Source: an uncultured Lachnospiraceae bacterium (lineage in GTDB: Bacteria > Bacillota > Clostridia > Lachnospirales > Lachnospiraceae). Taken from it: DNA of 64,000 nt. The notes below the pieces were generated by a model, which searched no databases, was not told where the DNA came from, and worked only from the letters and a program-made list of their open reading frames with translations. Position 1 is the stretch's first letter. Each line of letters begins with the position of its first letter. Below are positions 1 through 9,293 of this stretch, one piece after another. A program made the position numbers and the translations under genes. The stretch is from positions 964-64,963 of the forward strand of contig CATKXE010000006.1 of assembly GCA_949840465.1 (NCBI GenBank). The letters run 5' to 3'.

Positions 1-1288
1 TCTCCAGACGAACCAAAACAACCTTTTCGCCTCTTGCCGCCCACTCTTTTGCGTCGTCTGCGGAGAATACGATCTTGCCGCAGGCAGCTCCCGGTGAAGC
101 GCCCAGTGCCTTGGAGATCGGGGTTGCAGCTTTCAATGCAGCGGCATCAAACTGCGGATGAAGCAGTGTATCCAGATTTCTCGGATCAATCATGGCAACT
201 GCTTCTTCCTCTGTCCTCATTCCTTCGTCTACCAGGTCACATGCAATTTTCAAAGCAGCCTGAGCAGTTCTCTTACCGTTTCTCGTCTGCAGCATATACA
301 ACTTGCCATGCTCTACGGTAAATTCCATATCCTGCATGTCTCTGTAGTGGCTTTCCAAAGTTTTGCAGACATCCTTGAACTGTACAAATGCCTCTGGGAA
401 TTTCTGTTCCATCTCGGAAATGTGCATCGGAGTACGCACGCCTGCAACCACATCTTCGCCCTGAGCATTCGTCAGGAACTCACCGAACAGGCCATTCGCA
501 CCCGTTGCCGGATCCCGGGTAAATGCAACACCGGTACCACAGTCGTCTCCCATGTTACCGAATGCCATCATCTGTACATTGACAGCTGTTCCCCATGAAT
601 AAGGAATATCATTGTCACGGCGGTATACATTCGCCCTGGGGTTGTCCCAGGAACGGAATACAGCCTTGATTGCTCCCATGAGCTGCTCCTTCGGGTCTGT
701 CGGGAAATCTGCGCCGATCTTCTCTTTATACTCGGCCTTAAACTGTCCGGCAAGGGATTTCAAATCATCTGCAGTCAGCTCTACGTCCTGCTTTACTCCC
801 TTTTCCTCTTTCATCTTATCAATCAGCTCTTCAAAGTACTTCTTGCCGACTTCCATAACAACATCCGAATACATCTGGATAAACCTTCTGTAGCAGTCCC
901 AAGCCCAACGCGGATTGCCGGACTTCTCTGAAAGTACGTCTACCACTTCCTCATTAAGCCCCAGATTCAGGATGGTGTCCATCATACCAGGCATAGAAGC
1001 CCTTGCACCGGAACGTACGGATACCAGAAGCGGATTCTCCTTGTCGCCGAATTTCTTGCCGGTGATCTCTTCCATCTTGGTGATAGCTTCCATAATCTGG
1101 CCCATGATCTCGTCATTGATGGCCCTGCCGTCTTCATAATACTGTGTGCAGGCTTCTGTAGTAATCGTGAAGCCCTGTGGTACAGGAAGACCCAAATTGG
1201 TCATCTCAGCAAGGTTGGCACCTTTTCCGCCGAGCAGGTTCCGCATATCAGCGTTGCCTTCCTTAAACATATAAACCCATTTTGCCAT
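1..1288 (-). CDS. ppdK: pyruvate phosphate dikinase, 5' part (runs off left edge)
   Basis: Manual translation from ATG at 1288 gives MAKWVYMFKEGNADMRNLLGGKGANLAEMT..., LVSVRSGARASMPGMMDTILNLG. GGAGG RBS at 1299-1303. Absent from the ORF track because it is truncated by the window. Confidence 0.97.
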   Translation of the reverse strand, partial: MAKWVYMFKEGNADMRNLLGGKGANLAEMTNLGLPVPQGFTITTEACTQYYEDGRAINDEIMGQIMEAITKMEEITGKKFGDKENPLLVSVRSGARASMPGMMDTILNLGLNEEVVDVLSEKSGNPRWAWDCYRRFIQMYSDVVMEVGKKYFEELIDKMKEEKGVKQDVELTADDLKSLAGQFKAEYKEKIGADFPTDPKEQLMGAIKAVFRSWDNPRANVYRRDNDIPYSWGTAVNVQMMAFGNMGDDCGTGVAFTRDPATGANGLFGEFLTNAQGEDVVAGVRTPMHISEMEQKFPEAFVQFKDVCKTLESHYRDMQDMEFTVEHGKLYMLQTRNGKRTAQAALKIACDLVDEGMRTEEEAVAMIDPRNLDTLLHPQFDAAALKAATPISKALGASPGAACGKIVFSADDAKEWAARGEKVVLVRLE

Positions 1289-1400
1289 GTCCTAATGACC
1301 TCCTAAAATTTTTTTTACTAAGGCACCGTATACCAATAACCTGATCAGACCAGTTAGGCTATCTTTCTACAGTTCCCAATCTTGTGTAAGTCACAATCTC

Positions 1401-1429
1401 ATTTTAAATGTTTTGTCATATCACGTCAA
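1401..1429 (-). promoter_or_regulatory. sigma-A promoter of ppdK
   Basis: TTGACG-N17-TAAAAT on the minus strand, about 110 nt upstream of the ppdK ATG. Confidence 0.7.
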
Positions 1430-1489
1430 GATATTTGTTCCTAAATTATCCAATTTTACCATAAAAGCTGCGTCATCCAACTATTACAT

Positions 1490-1542
1490 AAAAAACAGAC
1501 AGATTCAACAAACATAGTTTACCGAAATCTGTCTGTTTTTTT
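1490..1542. terminator. intrinsic terminator-like inverted repeat after the DUF5717/DUF5716/TPR operon
   Basis: aaaaaacagacagatt ... aatctgtctgtttttt, a 16-bp perfect inverted repeat with A/T tails on both sides. Confidence 0.7.
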
Positions 1543-1611
1543 ACAAAGCGGAAACGAACACCTACAAAAATATTCTCCGCAATCTGTCTGAGATAAGTTC
1601 CTGAAGGCATA

Positions 1612-2379
1612 TCATATATGGCTTCTCCGATAATGCCGTTTCCATTTTTCCACGAGTACGTCGTTCAGATCCAACTGCAGGCTGTTGCGGATATCCTCCA
1701 TCTCCTGACGCATCTTTGCATTGATCTCCACATAATTATCATGCTTGGTCAGCAAAATATGGTATTCCTCCAGAGACATATATTTGTATGACGCATACAG
1801 ATAGGGTTTCAGCAATCTTGGATCCTCGCAGATCTGGTATGCCCGGTCATACATCCTGGCAGATTCCTGATACAAAAACAGTCTCCCATAGGCTGCTCCC
1901 AGTCCGGCATAGATCCTTCCATAAAACTTTGCATCCACGCTTTCATCTTTCTCCTGATTTAAAATTGCCTGATAGACCAGGATCGCCTCTTCAATCTCCC
2001 CGCTTTCCAGCAGGTTGTCTCCTTTATACTTCTGACGCTCAATATCCTTCTGGTTTTTCAGCCTTTCCAACACATTCTGGATACGGATCATCTCCGGCTC
2101 CCGATAGATCCTCGAATCCTTTAAAATCGTCAGTACAAATTTTTCAATGGAACCACGCAGGCGAATTACATCCCGAAGCTGTCCTGCAAGTTTCGGCATG
2201 CCCAGCTCTTCATCCAGCCACACACACAGCTGTTCATTCATGATCGTGTAATCAATCAGATACAGATTATTGCAGAGGTAGTAGCATAATTCTTCTATTG
2301 TAAAAATCTTACAGTGGATCCGCGTGATCTCATACGGATGCGTTGCATGCCGGTCATGACAAAGAACCAAACTTCCCAT
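1612..2379 (-). CDS. TPR-containing hypothetical protein
   Basis: 255 aa with TPR-like helices (KYKGDNLLESGEIEEAILVYQAIL; YAGLGAAYGRLFLYQESARMYDRAY). Start overlaps the stop of the upstream gene. Confidence 0.75.
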   Translation of the reverse strand: MGSLVLCHDRHATHPYEITRIHCKIFTIEELCYYLCNNLYLIDYTIMNEQLCVWLDEELGMPKLAGQLRDVIRLRGSIEKFVLTILKDSRIYREPEMIRIQNVLERLKNQKDIERQKYKGDNLLESGEIEEAILVYQAILNQEKDESVDAKFYGRIYAGLGAAYGRLFLYQESARMYDRAYQICEDPRLLKPYLYASYKYMSLEEYHILLTKHDNYVEINAKMRQEMEDIRNSLQLDLNDVLVEKWKRHYRRSHI

Positions 2380-3637
2380 CGTTGCCTCCTAAGTGTATAA
2401 TCTTTTCCTCATGGAAATCCGTGGGCAGGAAAAATTCTCCGAATCCCACATCCCTCACCGTGATCTTACAGGTTTTTTCATCCAGGAGCAATGTCTCAAT
2501 CTGCAGCCGCATGGAGTACTCCGCCCTCTTTGGGAACTTCTCCAGAGAGATCACTTCATTACGAAGTGAACCCTGTACAAGAGATTCCACATGAAGTTCA
2601 ATGCTGTCCAGATCTTCCACCAGGACCTCCCACTGGTTATTGCACTCATACCACTGCGCCCCCCAGGATACAATCGGATACCACATCTCCTGGCCGTTTA
2701 CCCGCATATTCACCGTAATCTGATCCGTCAGCTTGCTGGCTGAGAGATAGACCGGATTCTCAATATGCATGTACATTTTGCGGAAAGCCGTATAACAGGC
2801 CCCCTTGCTGTACAGATTATTCCCAATAAACGCCCTGCGGCCATTGCAGAGCACACGCAGCGACTTGGGATACCAGTTATTCTCAAACCCTTCTCCCGTC
2901 AGGAACACAGAGGATACAATCCGTTTGTCAAATACACTCTGGATAAACTTGCAAAACCGGGCATCCGCTTCTCTGGCCTTGTCCTCATTAAGCACAGGAT
3001 ACACTGCCGCCAGTTCTTTCATGTGGGCATTTGCCACCTCGTCCACTGTCACAAAGGTGGTTTTTCCGCCACCCAGCCCCGGCTTTAAACGTCGAAGCAT
3101 AAAGGCCTTTATTTCATTCCTGTCACAGCAGAACAGCGCCGCGTCATACTGCCAGAGTTCCTTTGGCTGATAAAACAGATAATTGCAAAAACTCTCCTTA
3201 TAATCCTGAATAAAAATATGCTGTTTTTCAATTCCCATTCGCACCGCAATCCCGCGCAGCATCTGCGCCAGCTCTTCCGTCAGTTCCGGTACGCTGAACA
3301 CAATCCCGTCAATCTGCGGAAACTGCTGCAGTGAAAGCTGGATAAACTTGGACAAGAGCCAGACCGCGTCATAGGTATCATCCCCGCAGTCAATCTTCTC
3401 TCCTGCCAGACTGCGCTCCAGAAGCCTGGTAACAACAAACCCTTCCTTGATTGTAACCAGACGTTTTGCTTCTTTTCCATATGCCCAAGTATCCCGAAGC
3501 CGCCCGATCAGCAGCGGGATCTGAAAATTGTCAGTATCTACCTCCAAAGTCTCTGGTTCTGACTGTTTTTCATTATAATAGCTGATCTGACACATTTTCT
3601 CCGTTATTTCATACCCAATCATATTTCCTTGCCCCAT
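2354..3637 (-). CDS. DUF5716-like protein, probable degenerate Hsp70/actin-like fold
   Basis: 427 aa. N-terminal beta-strand MIGYEITEKMCQISYY resembles DnaK IGIDLG; later SSVFLTGEGF resembles the VLLVGG segment. Family call is from recall. Confidence 0.6.
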   Translation of the reverse strand: MGQGNMIGYEITEKMCQISYYNEKQSEPETLEVDTDNFQIPLLIGRLRDTWAYGKEAKRLVTIKEGFVVTRLLERSLAGEKIDCGDDTYDAVWLLSKFIQLSLQQFPQIDGIVFSVPELTEELAQMLRGIAVRMGIEKQHIFIQDYKESFCNYLFYQPKELWQYDAALFCCDRNEIKAFMLRRLKPGLGGGKTTFVTVDEVANAHMKELAAVYPVLNEDKAREADARFCKFIQSVFDKRIVSSVFLTGEGFENNWYPKSLRVLCNGRRAFIGNNLYSKGACYTAFRKMYMHIENPVYLSASKLTDQITVNMRVNGQEMWYPIVSWGAQWYECNNQWEVLVEDLDSIELHVESLVQGSLRNEVISLEKFPKRAEYSMRLQIETLLLDEKTCKITVRDVGFGEFFLPTDFHEEKIIHLGGNDGKFGSLS

Positions 3638-3718
3638 GCAAACCAGCCTCCTTCATAATTTCTCAAATATAACAGTCCAAAAGACATATCAAGCCTGACC
3701 AAAACTCTTTTCAGTCAC

Positions 3719-6700
3719 TTACGACTCATTCTCAAACATATGCCCGGCAATGGCATCCTCCTGCGCATAAGCTTTCATTCTGGATTCCCGGATGCTTCCC
3801 TCTGAAAGCAGAATATCATTCAACCGTCCATAGCGCCCGTTCTCGCCTTCCCTGACTTCCTTCCCGCAGGTCTGCTTGTCGCTGCGGTAGGAATTGCCGT
3901 CAATGGTCTCTTTAAAATAATACTTTAATGTCTCGTTGGCAAACAGGACAAACTTCTTCACATAAATATTATCATACATGGGCGAAAGCACCTCTGTGGA
4001 ATAATCCGTGCTTTCCGAATCTCCTTTCAGGAGCTGGTAATAAAGCATCACGCGGCTGCCTTTCTGTCCTTTGTACGAAATCAATGTCTTATCCCAAAGC
4101 TGCAGTTCAATCAGCCAATCCTTCTCATACGACAGATAAAACGGAAAATAAAGCTGCTTTCCGCAAAGCTCCTGAAGGAACTTCTTCAGCGTCCTGCGCT
4201 GAGAAGGCGTATAATCCTTGTCTGCATAATATTTCAGCACAGCAATTTTACAAATATCAATGGTGTCCTCACCTTTTTCATATTCCCTACAGATAATATC
4301 AATGACACTTCTGCTGATCTTCCGGTCCTCAGCCACATACTCTCTGGACATATACGCCAAATATGCCTGCTGAAGCCCAAAATACGCTCCCTCAGCATAA
4401 TAGTCTTCAAAAACCAGCGCTTCTGCAAAGATCTCTTCTGCAAAAAGCATCTGCGTCAGGATTCGCTCGCCCAGCTTATGGGTGTGCACGTCATATTCCT
4501 TGGCCTGCCTCCAGAGCAGCTTCATATCTGTGGTAGCGCCGCAGTAAAAATTCGCCAGATAGGTCAATGTCACCTTATCAAACTTTCCCTTCATGAAAAG
4601 CTCAAAACAAACATAGGTAAGGAAATCATCATTTTCACAATTATTATCCCGGATCGTCTTTGTTGCCAGCGCAAACATTTCTTCATCCGTATATTGTTCC
4701 AGCCCTACCGAGCGCACCACTTCCAGAGTCAGTTCCTCTGCCTCCTCTTCCTGCCGTTTCTGCTTTAAACCATTGATATAGCGCTTACACATATCCATGT
4801 AACGCAGTTCATAAAACAAGCGCTTGCTCTCATAGGGAATCGAATCCGTATAGTGCCTTCCATCCCGCGACTCCCATACCAGCCTGTCCGTCTTGGCATA
4901 CAGGAACACCTGGGCGCCGTTCTCCAAATATGGAACCGTCTGAGTAATTTTCCCGTCCTCAGACACCACATGGATCGCTTTCATATTCCTCACTTTTGTC
5001 GTAATCTCATAGGCATGGCAGATATCATACAGTGCTTTCACACGATCCGGAGTCATAAGACGTTCCGTCACAAATCTCTTGTAAATAATACGCAGATGCT
5101 CATCTATATGCCTGCGTTCCATCTGGCTCCATGCAAATGCCTCAATCTCATCCCGGTAATGGGCGTAGATCTCACTTCCCTCATCCACATAAGTTACCAG
5201 ATTTGCATACAAAAACGCAAGCTTATGATAATCCAGGGAATTTCCATGCATAAAATAGAGATAGACAGAACGCGGAAGCGCCTTTTTAAACTGCATCTCC
5301 TTCACAGAAGCCATATAATACTCATAGAGCTGCGCAATCTTCTGCTCTGACTTTACCGCCTTTTCATACCAGCGGAAATACACATTGTCCACACAGTTCC
5401 CTTTAATCAAAAGCGTACAGATGGCTGTCAGAATCATGGATTCCGGATACATCTTATAACATAACACAAGGGTATTGTACAAATGCTTGTCAAATTTCTT
5501 CAACTGGCTCGCCAGATTTGCCGTGTACAGCGCCAGCTCCTTGGTCATCAGCTTATACTTAGCTGCAAAGAACAGCACCCGTACTTCGAACATCCCCAGC
5601 TTTTTCAAAGAAGTACTTTTCTCACGGAAGCACCGGAACACAACCAGATAAAAAATCAGGCTGTGCGGCTTTTCCTCATTAAACAAATTTTCCAGGACAC
5701 GGAGACGTTCGCTCAGGATTTTATATTCTGAATCGACCTGCACAAGCATGCACAGAATCTTCCAACTCTCCGGGTGCTTCATATAATATTTGGAAATCTC
5801 TTCTGCCACACGTCTCTGTCCAATGGAATCATTGCTCAAAAATGTAGTCAGGTAAAGGTAATAAGAACTCAGCTCCACATTCCTTCCAATCGCAAACCGA
5901 TTGTAATTATAGGATTCCAGAAGCACCTTTGCTTCCTCCACCCGGTTACCGATCAGACAGATGTGGGCATTAACAAGAAGATAAACATCGTTCTTGTCAT
6001 TCTTTTTGCGGAGACGCTCCACCCTCCGAAGCGATTCCTCCGTCCAGGTACTCAATTCCTTCCTGCCTGCCTCGTACTGCAAAAATCCCTTCAAAATCCC
6101 TGCAAATTCCTGCTCTTCCGCATGGTGTTCCTCATCCCTGTCCACATTCTTTTCCACTACGATCTCATACGTAAGCGTCTCATACGGGGATTCCAGAATG
6201 ATCTGCCCGAAATTACTTCCCCTATGTAACCTGTCTTCATGGATGACATATTCCATCCTGTAAGAATTACCGATAAATTCATCCGTAGAAATCCTGGTAC
6301 GCTCTATAGACAGGAAATCGCTTACTGTATGTACATGGATCAGCAAATGGCCCCAGGTATTCTTCTTGATCGTAAAGATCTCTTTCCGCGACTCTGTCAG
6401 TGAGATAAATGCCCGGCTCTCTTCCTCCAGAGTCAGGAAGATCTTCTCCTTCTGTTTACAGCCCACCAGGAATTCTTCCAGAGCCTGCTGATCCAGCTCC
6501 CACTTGCGCATATTGTCATAGAGTGCCTGTATCCTTTTATCCTCATATTTCAAAATTTCATAAAAATCACGGGAGCGGAACAGCTTTTCCGCCTCCGCCG
6601 GATCCTGAAAAGAGAGCTTCCGAAAATCCTCCAAACTCTGCACCTTGCCATAACGCGTCATGACAAAGGGCTTTTCAATGATAGCAGTAAATGCAATATC

Positions 6701-7021
6701 ATACTCCCCGCCGTTGCATACGATGGTAAACCGGCCATGCTCCACATGCCCGGGTACAAGTCCTGTCCCGTCATACACATAGTAAATATTCACTGGATTG
6801 CCGTCAAATCCCTGCTCCTCGCAGCGCATACGGAAAGAAGAAGGATATACTAATCCGCGAATGGTCCCTTCCCCCTGATTCTGCAGGGAAAAACTCCCTT
6901 TATATACCTCTCCTTCCCCCACCCGCATGGTAATATGAGTTTCGGAAAAAATGATATCCGGCTGTGGAATATGGAAATCTCCTTTTGAGAGACGCTTAAT
7001 CTTATTCTTCAAATTCGTCAC
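3719..7021 (-). CDS. DUF5717-like large protein (Ig-like N-terminus, alpha-helical repeat core)
   Basis: 1100-aa open frame with GTG start. Beta-rich N-terminal repeats, then Tyr/Leu-rich helical repeats. Family call is from recall. Confidence 0.65.
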   Translation of the reverse strand: MTNLKNKIKRLSKGDFHIPQPDIIFSETHITMRVGEGEVYKGSFSLQNQGEGTIRGLVYPSSFRMRCEEQGFDGNPVNIYYVYDGTGLVPGHVEHGRFTIVCNGGEYDIAFTAIIEKPFVMTRYGKVQSLEDFRKLSFQDPAEAEKLFRSRDFYEILKYEDKRIQALYDNMRKWELDQQALEEFLVGCKQKEKIFLTLEEESRAFISLTESRKEIFTIKKNTWGHLLIHVHTVSDFLSIERTRISTDEFIGNSYRMEYVIHEDRLHRGSNFGQIILESPYETLTYEIVVEKNVDRDEEHHAEEQEFAGILKGFLQYEAGRKELSTWTEESLRRVERLRKKNDKNDVYLLVNAHICLIGNRVEEAKVLLESYNYNRFAIGRNVELSSYYLYLTTFLSNDSIGQRRVAEEISKYYMKHPESWKILCMLVQVDSEYKILSERLRVLENLFNEEKPHSLIFYLVVFRCFREKSTSLKKLGMFEVRVLFFAAKYKLMTKELALYTANLASQLKKFDKHLYNTLVLCYKMYPESMILTAICTLLIKGNCVDNVYFRWYEKAVKSEQKIAQLYEYYMASVKEMQFKKALPRSVYLYFMHGNSLDYHKLAFLYANLVTYVDEGSEIYAHYRDEIEAFAWSQMERRHIDEHLRIIYKRFVTERLMTPDRVKALYDICHAYEITTKVRNMKAIHVVSEDGKITQTVPYLENGAQVFLYAKTDRLVWESRDGRHYTDSIPYESKRLFYELRYMDMCKRYINGLKQKRQEEEAEELTLEVVRSVGLEQYTDEEMFALATKTIRDNNCENDDFLTYVCFELFMKGKFDKVTLTYLANFYCGATTDMKLLWRQAKEYDVHTHKLGERILTQMLFAEEIFAEALVFEDYYAEGAYFGLQQAYLAYMSREYVAEDRKISRSVIDIICREYEKGEDTIDICKIAVLKYYADKDYTPSQRRTLKKFLQELCGKQLYFPFYLSYEKDWLIELQLWDKTLISYKGQKGSRVMLYYQLLKGDSESTDYSTEVLSPMYDNIYVKKFVLFANETLKYYFKETIDGNSYRSDKQTCGKEVREGENGRYGRLNDILLSEGSIRESRMKAYAQEDAIAGHMFENES

Positions 7022-7046
7022 CTACTTTAAATCTAACATTACAAGA

Positions 7047-7125
7047 TGCCCTTTGGGTATACATTGCCGGACGTAGTCCGCCTGCCCCGAAGGGGCGTGA
7101 ATTACGGTGTGCCCTTTGGGTATAC
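7047..7125. repeat. 63-bp-period palindromic repeat element, intergenic copy
   Basis: 16-bp direct repeat tgccctttgggtatac at 7047 and 7110. Between them are hairpins cggac-GTA-gtccg and gcccc-GAA-ggggc. A homologous copy lies at 49473-49578. Confidence 0.85.
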
Positions 7126-7171
7126 TACTATGGATTATAGCATCATTCTACCCTTTCTTGCAATGGTAGAA

Positions 7172-8566
7172 TCAAAGAAAGTCCACAGCTTTTTCTGCTT
7201 TTTTCGACAAAAGGCAGATGCATTCCATATGTACTGTTTCGCAGAATTGGTCTATGCCCACGCATCTCACCACTTCGTATCCTCTCCCCTGCATCGTCTC
7301 AAGATCTCTTGCCAGGCTGGTCACCTTACAGGAAATATAGAGAATCTTCTCCACCTGATAATCCAGAATCTTCGGCAATGCTTTAGGATGGATTCCGTCG
7401 CGGGGCGGATCCAGCACAATCACGTCCGGTTTTTCTTCCACTTCGTCTAACACCCTGAATACGTCTCCGGCGATAAACTTACAGTTATCCAACCCGTTTT
7501 TGGCCGCATTCTCTCTGGCGGCATCCACCGCCTCCCGGACGATCTCCACACCCACTACCTGCTTCGCTGCCGGAGCCAGAATCTGGGCAATGGTCCCGGT
7601 TCCACTGAACAGGTCGAAAACCGTCATATTACGAATATCACCGATATAGTCCCTGACAGTCTGGTACAAAAGCTCTGCACCGCAGGAATTGGGCTGGAAA
7701 AAAGAAAATGGCGTGATCTTAAACCCCAATCCAAGAAGCTTCTCATAAAAATAATCCTGTCCATATAAGATTCTGGTCTCGTCGCTTTGCACTACGTCTG
7801 ACAGTGAATCATTCAAGATATGCAGTATCCCTACGATCCGTCCTTCCAGTTTCAGGTTCAAAAGCCTCCTGATGAAAGGCTGTAAATCATATTCCTCCTG
7901 TGTAGTCGTGACCAGATTGACCAGAATCTCACCGGTGGAATCACCCCTGCGCAGTAAAAGATGCCTAAGATATCCCTCATGCTTCATTTTTTTATAAAAC
8001 GATGCGCCAAGATTCTGAAAATACTCTAAAACACAGTCCAATATTTCGGTCATATCCTCATGCACCAGCCGGCAGTCAGAAGCCGTCAAAATATCATATG
8101 TGCTGCCCTTTTTATGAAGTCCAAGAGATAATGGGCCGTCTTTGTACATGTTACCAAATGAAAACTCCATCTTATTACGATAGCCAAACTCCCTGGTACT
8201 TCCCACCATTCCTTCAAACACGTAAGGACTTCCCGGCACAACAGCAGCGTCAAGAATCTCCTTCATCTGCTCAGACTTCATCTCCAGCTGGGATTCATAG
8301 GACATGGTCTGGTACATACACCCGCCGCATGCCGGGAAAAGGCTGCACACCGGCTCCCTTGTCTCCAGAGGAGATTTTTCTAAAACCTCCAGCATCCTGC
8401 CCTGAGCATTCCCATTCTTAAACTTCTGTATGGACAACCGGATTCTCTGACCCGGAATCCCATTCTTCACTGTCACATATTGTTCTTCTTCGGGTATGTA
8501 GACTTTTCCCCTGTTTGGAAATTCCACTTTTTCAATTATCCCCTCAAAAACCTGCCCCTTTTTCAT
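7172..8566 (-). CDS. rlmD: 23S rRNA (uracil-1939-C5)-methyltransferase
   Basis: TRAM domain, 4Fe-4S motif CSLFPACGGC, SAM motif FDLFSGTGTI, VLDPPRDG, YISC. Confidence 0.95.
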   Translation of the reverse strand: MKKGQVFEGIIEKVEFPNRGKVYIPEEEQYVTVKNGIPGQRIRLSIQKFKNGNAQGRMLEVLEKSPLETREPVCSLFPACGGCMYQTMSYESQLEMKSEQMKEILDAAVVPGSPYVFEGMVGSTREFGYRNKMEFSFGNMYKDGPLSLGLHKKGSTYDILTASDCRLVHEDMTEILDCVLEYFQNLGASFYKKMKHEGYLRHLLLRRGDSTGEILVNLVTTTQEEYDLQPFIRRLLNLKLEGRIVGILHILNDSLSDVVQSDETRILYGQDYFYEKLLGLGFKITPFSFFQPNSCGAELLYQTVRDYIGDIRNMTVFDLFSGTGTIAQILAPAAKQVVGVEIVREAVDAARENAAKNGLDNCKFIAGDVFRVLDEVEEKPDVIVLDPPRDGIHPKALPKILDYQVEKILYISCKVTSLARDLETMQGRGYEVVRCVGIDQFCETVHMECICLLSKKAEKAVDFL

Positions 8567-8625
8567 CAAACCCCTGACTCCCCTGTCTGTTAATTAATCC
8601 GTCAAAAAAACTGTCTGCCTTTGAA

Positions 8626-8730
8626 GTCCAATACCCCACAGCAAGCCGCGGGGTATTGGACCCTCGCAGCAGTCGCCAAATGGACATGCAAAACCTGTCC
8701 ACTTGGCGCGTTGCTTCGCGGGAATAAAAA
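8626..8730. repeat. REP-like double-hairpin element (non-autonomous)
   Basis: Hairpin 1 has a perfect 12-bp stem, gtccaatacccc...ggggtattggac. Hairpin 2 is a long imperfect stem, ccctcgcagcagtcgccaaatggaca...tgtccacttggcgcgttgcttcgcggg. Confidence 0.7.
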
Positions 8731-8775
8731 CAGGCTTTTGACCACTTCAAACACATTGTCTTTTTATGCAATACA

Positions 8776-8810
8776 AAAAGAGGCAGAGTGCAAAATTACA
8801 TTCTGCCTTT
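8776..8810 (-). terminator. intrinsic terminator of the small membrane-protein gene
   Basis: Minus strand ggcagaatg-taattttg-cactctgcc followed by tcttttt. Confidence 0.65.
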
Positions 8811-8939
8811 ATTCCCAAATAAAACCTAAAAACCATAGAAAATCAAGCCGTTTTCATATGATTCTTTCTCTGCGGTCCTAAAAAAGGACACATCCTGACA
8901 AATTCAAAGCCTGCTTTTCAAAAGATATCTTACCATTGA

Positions 8940-9188
8940 TCAGACTTGATCTTCTTCACTGAAATAATCGTCAAAATCATCATCAAAGTCTTCTTCAAAA
9001 TCTTCCAGATAATCGGGTGTCACAAACTTATACACAACAAACGCAATCGCTGCCACTGCTGCAATCACACCGATAATCGCCAGAACCCAGATGATCTCAT
9101 TCTTCTGTTGTTCTTTCTCATTCTTATGAAGGAGTTCCTTTAATTTTGTCTCCGCGATCAATTCTTCTACCTTGCTCATAGCATCCAT
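8940..9188 (-). CDS. small single-pass membrane protein with acidic tail (DUF4366-like)
   Basis: 82 aa, one TM helix (IIWVLAIIGVIAAVAAIAFVVY), tail DYLEDFEEDFDDDFDDYF. Extended -10 TGnTATAAT at 9244-9236. Confidence 0.7.
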   Translation of the reverse strand: MDAMSKVEELIAETKLKELLHKNEKEQQKNEIIWVLAIIGVIAAVAAIAFVVYKFVTPDYLEDFEEDFDDDFDDYFSEEDQV

Positions 9189-9293
9189 ATCCTTTCCGTC
9201 CTTTCCCCATCCTGCTGACAGGTTTTCTTTTAACTATTATAACACTATCGTTTTCAGATTACTACTAATTTATTTTAAAAATTTTATAAAAGC

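Noticed and set aside
7047-7125. CRISPR mini-array
   Set aside because: Only two 16-bp repeats. The intervening sequence is itself conserved in the second copy, and there are no cas genes.
7172-7260. Integrative element at the rlmD 3' end, a known ICE hotspot in Firmicutes
   Set aside because: No recombinase or foreign block is adjacent; the site appears empty.
7046-7450. Plus-strand 134-aa ORF MPFGYT...VPFGYT
   Set aside because: It is a translation of the repeat element running antisense into rlmD, with no RBS or family signal.
8626-8730. IscB omega-RNA or TnpB element
   Set aside because: The first hairpin is only loosely similar, and no iscB, tnpB or tnpA ORF is nearby.
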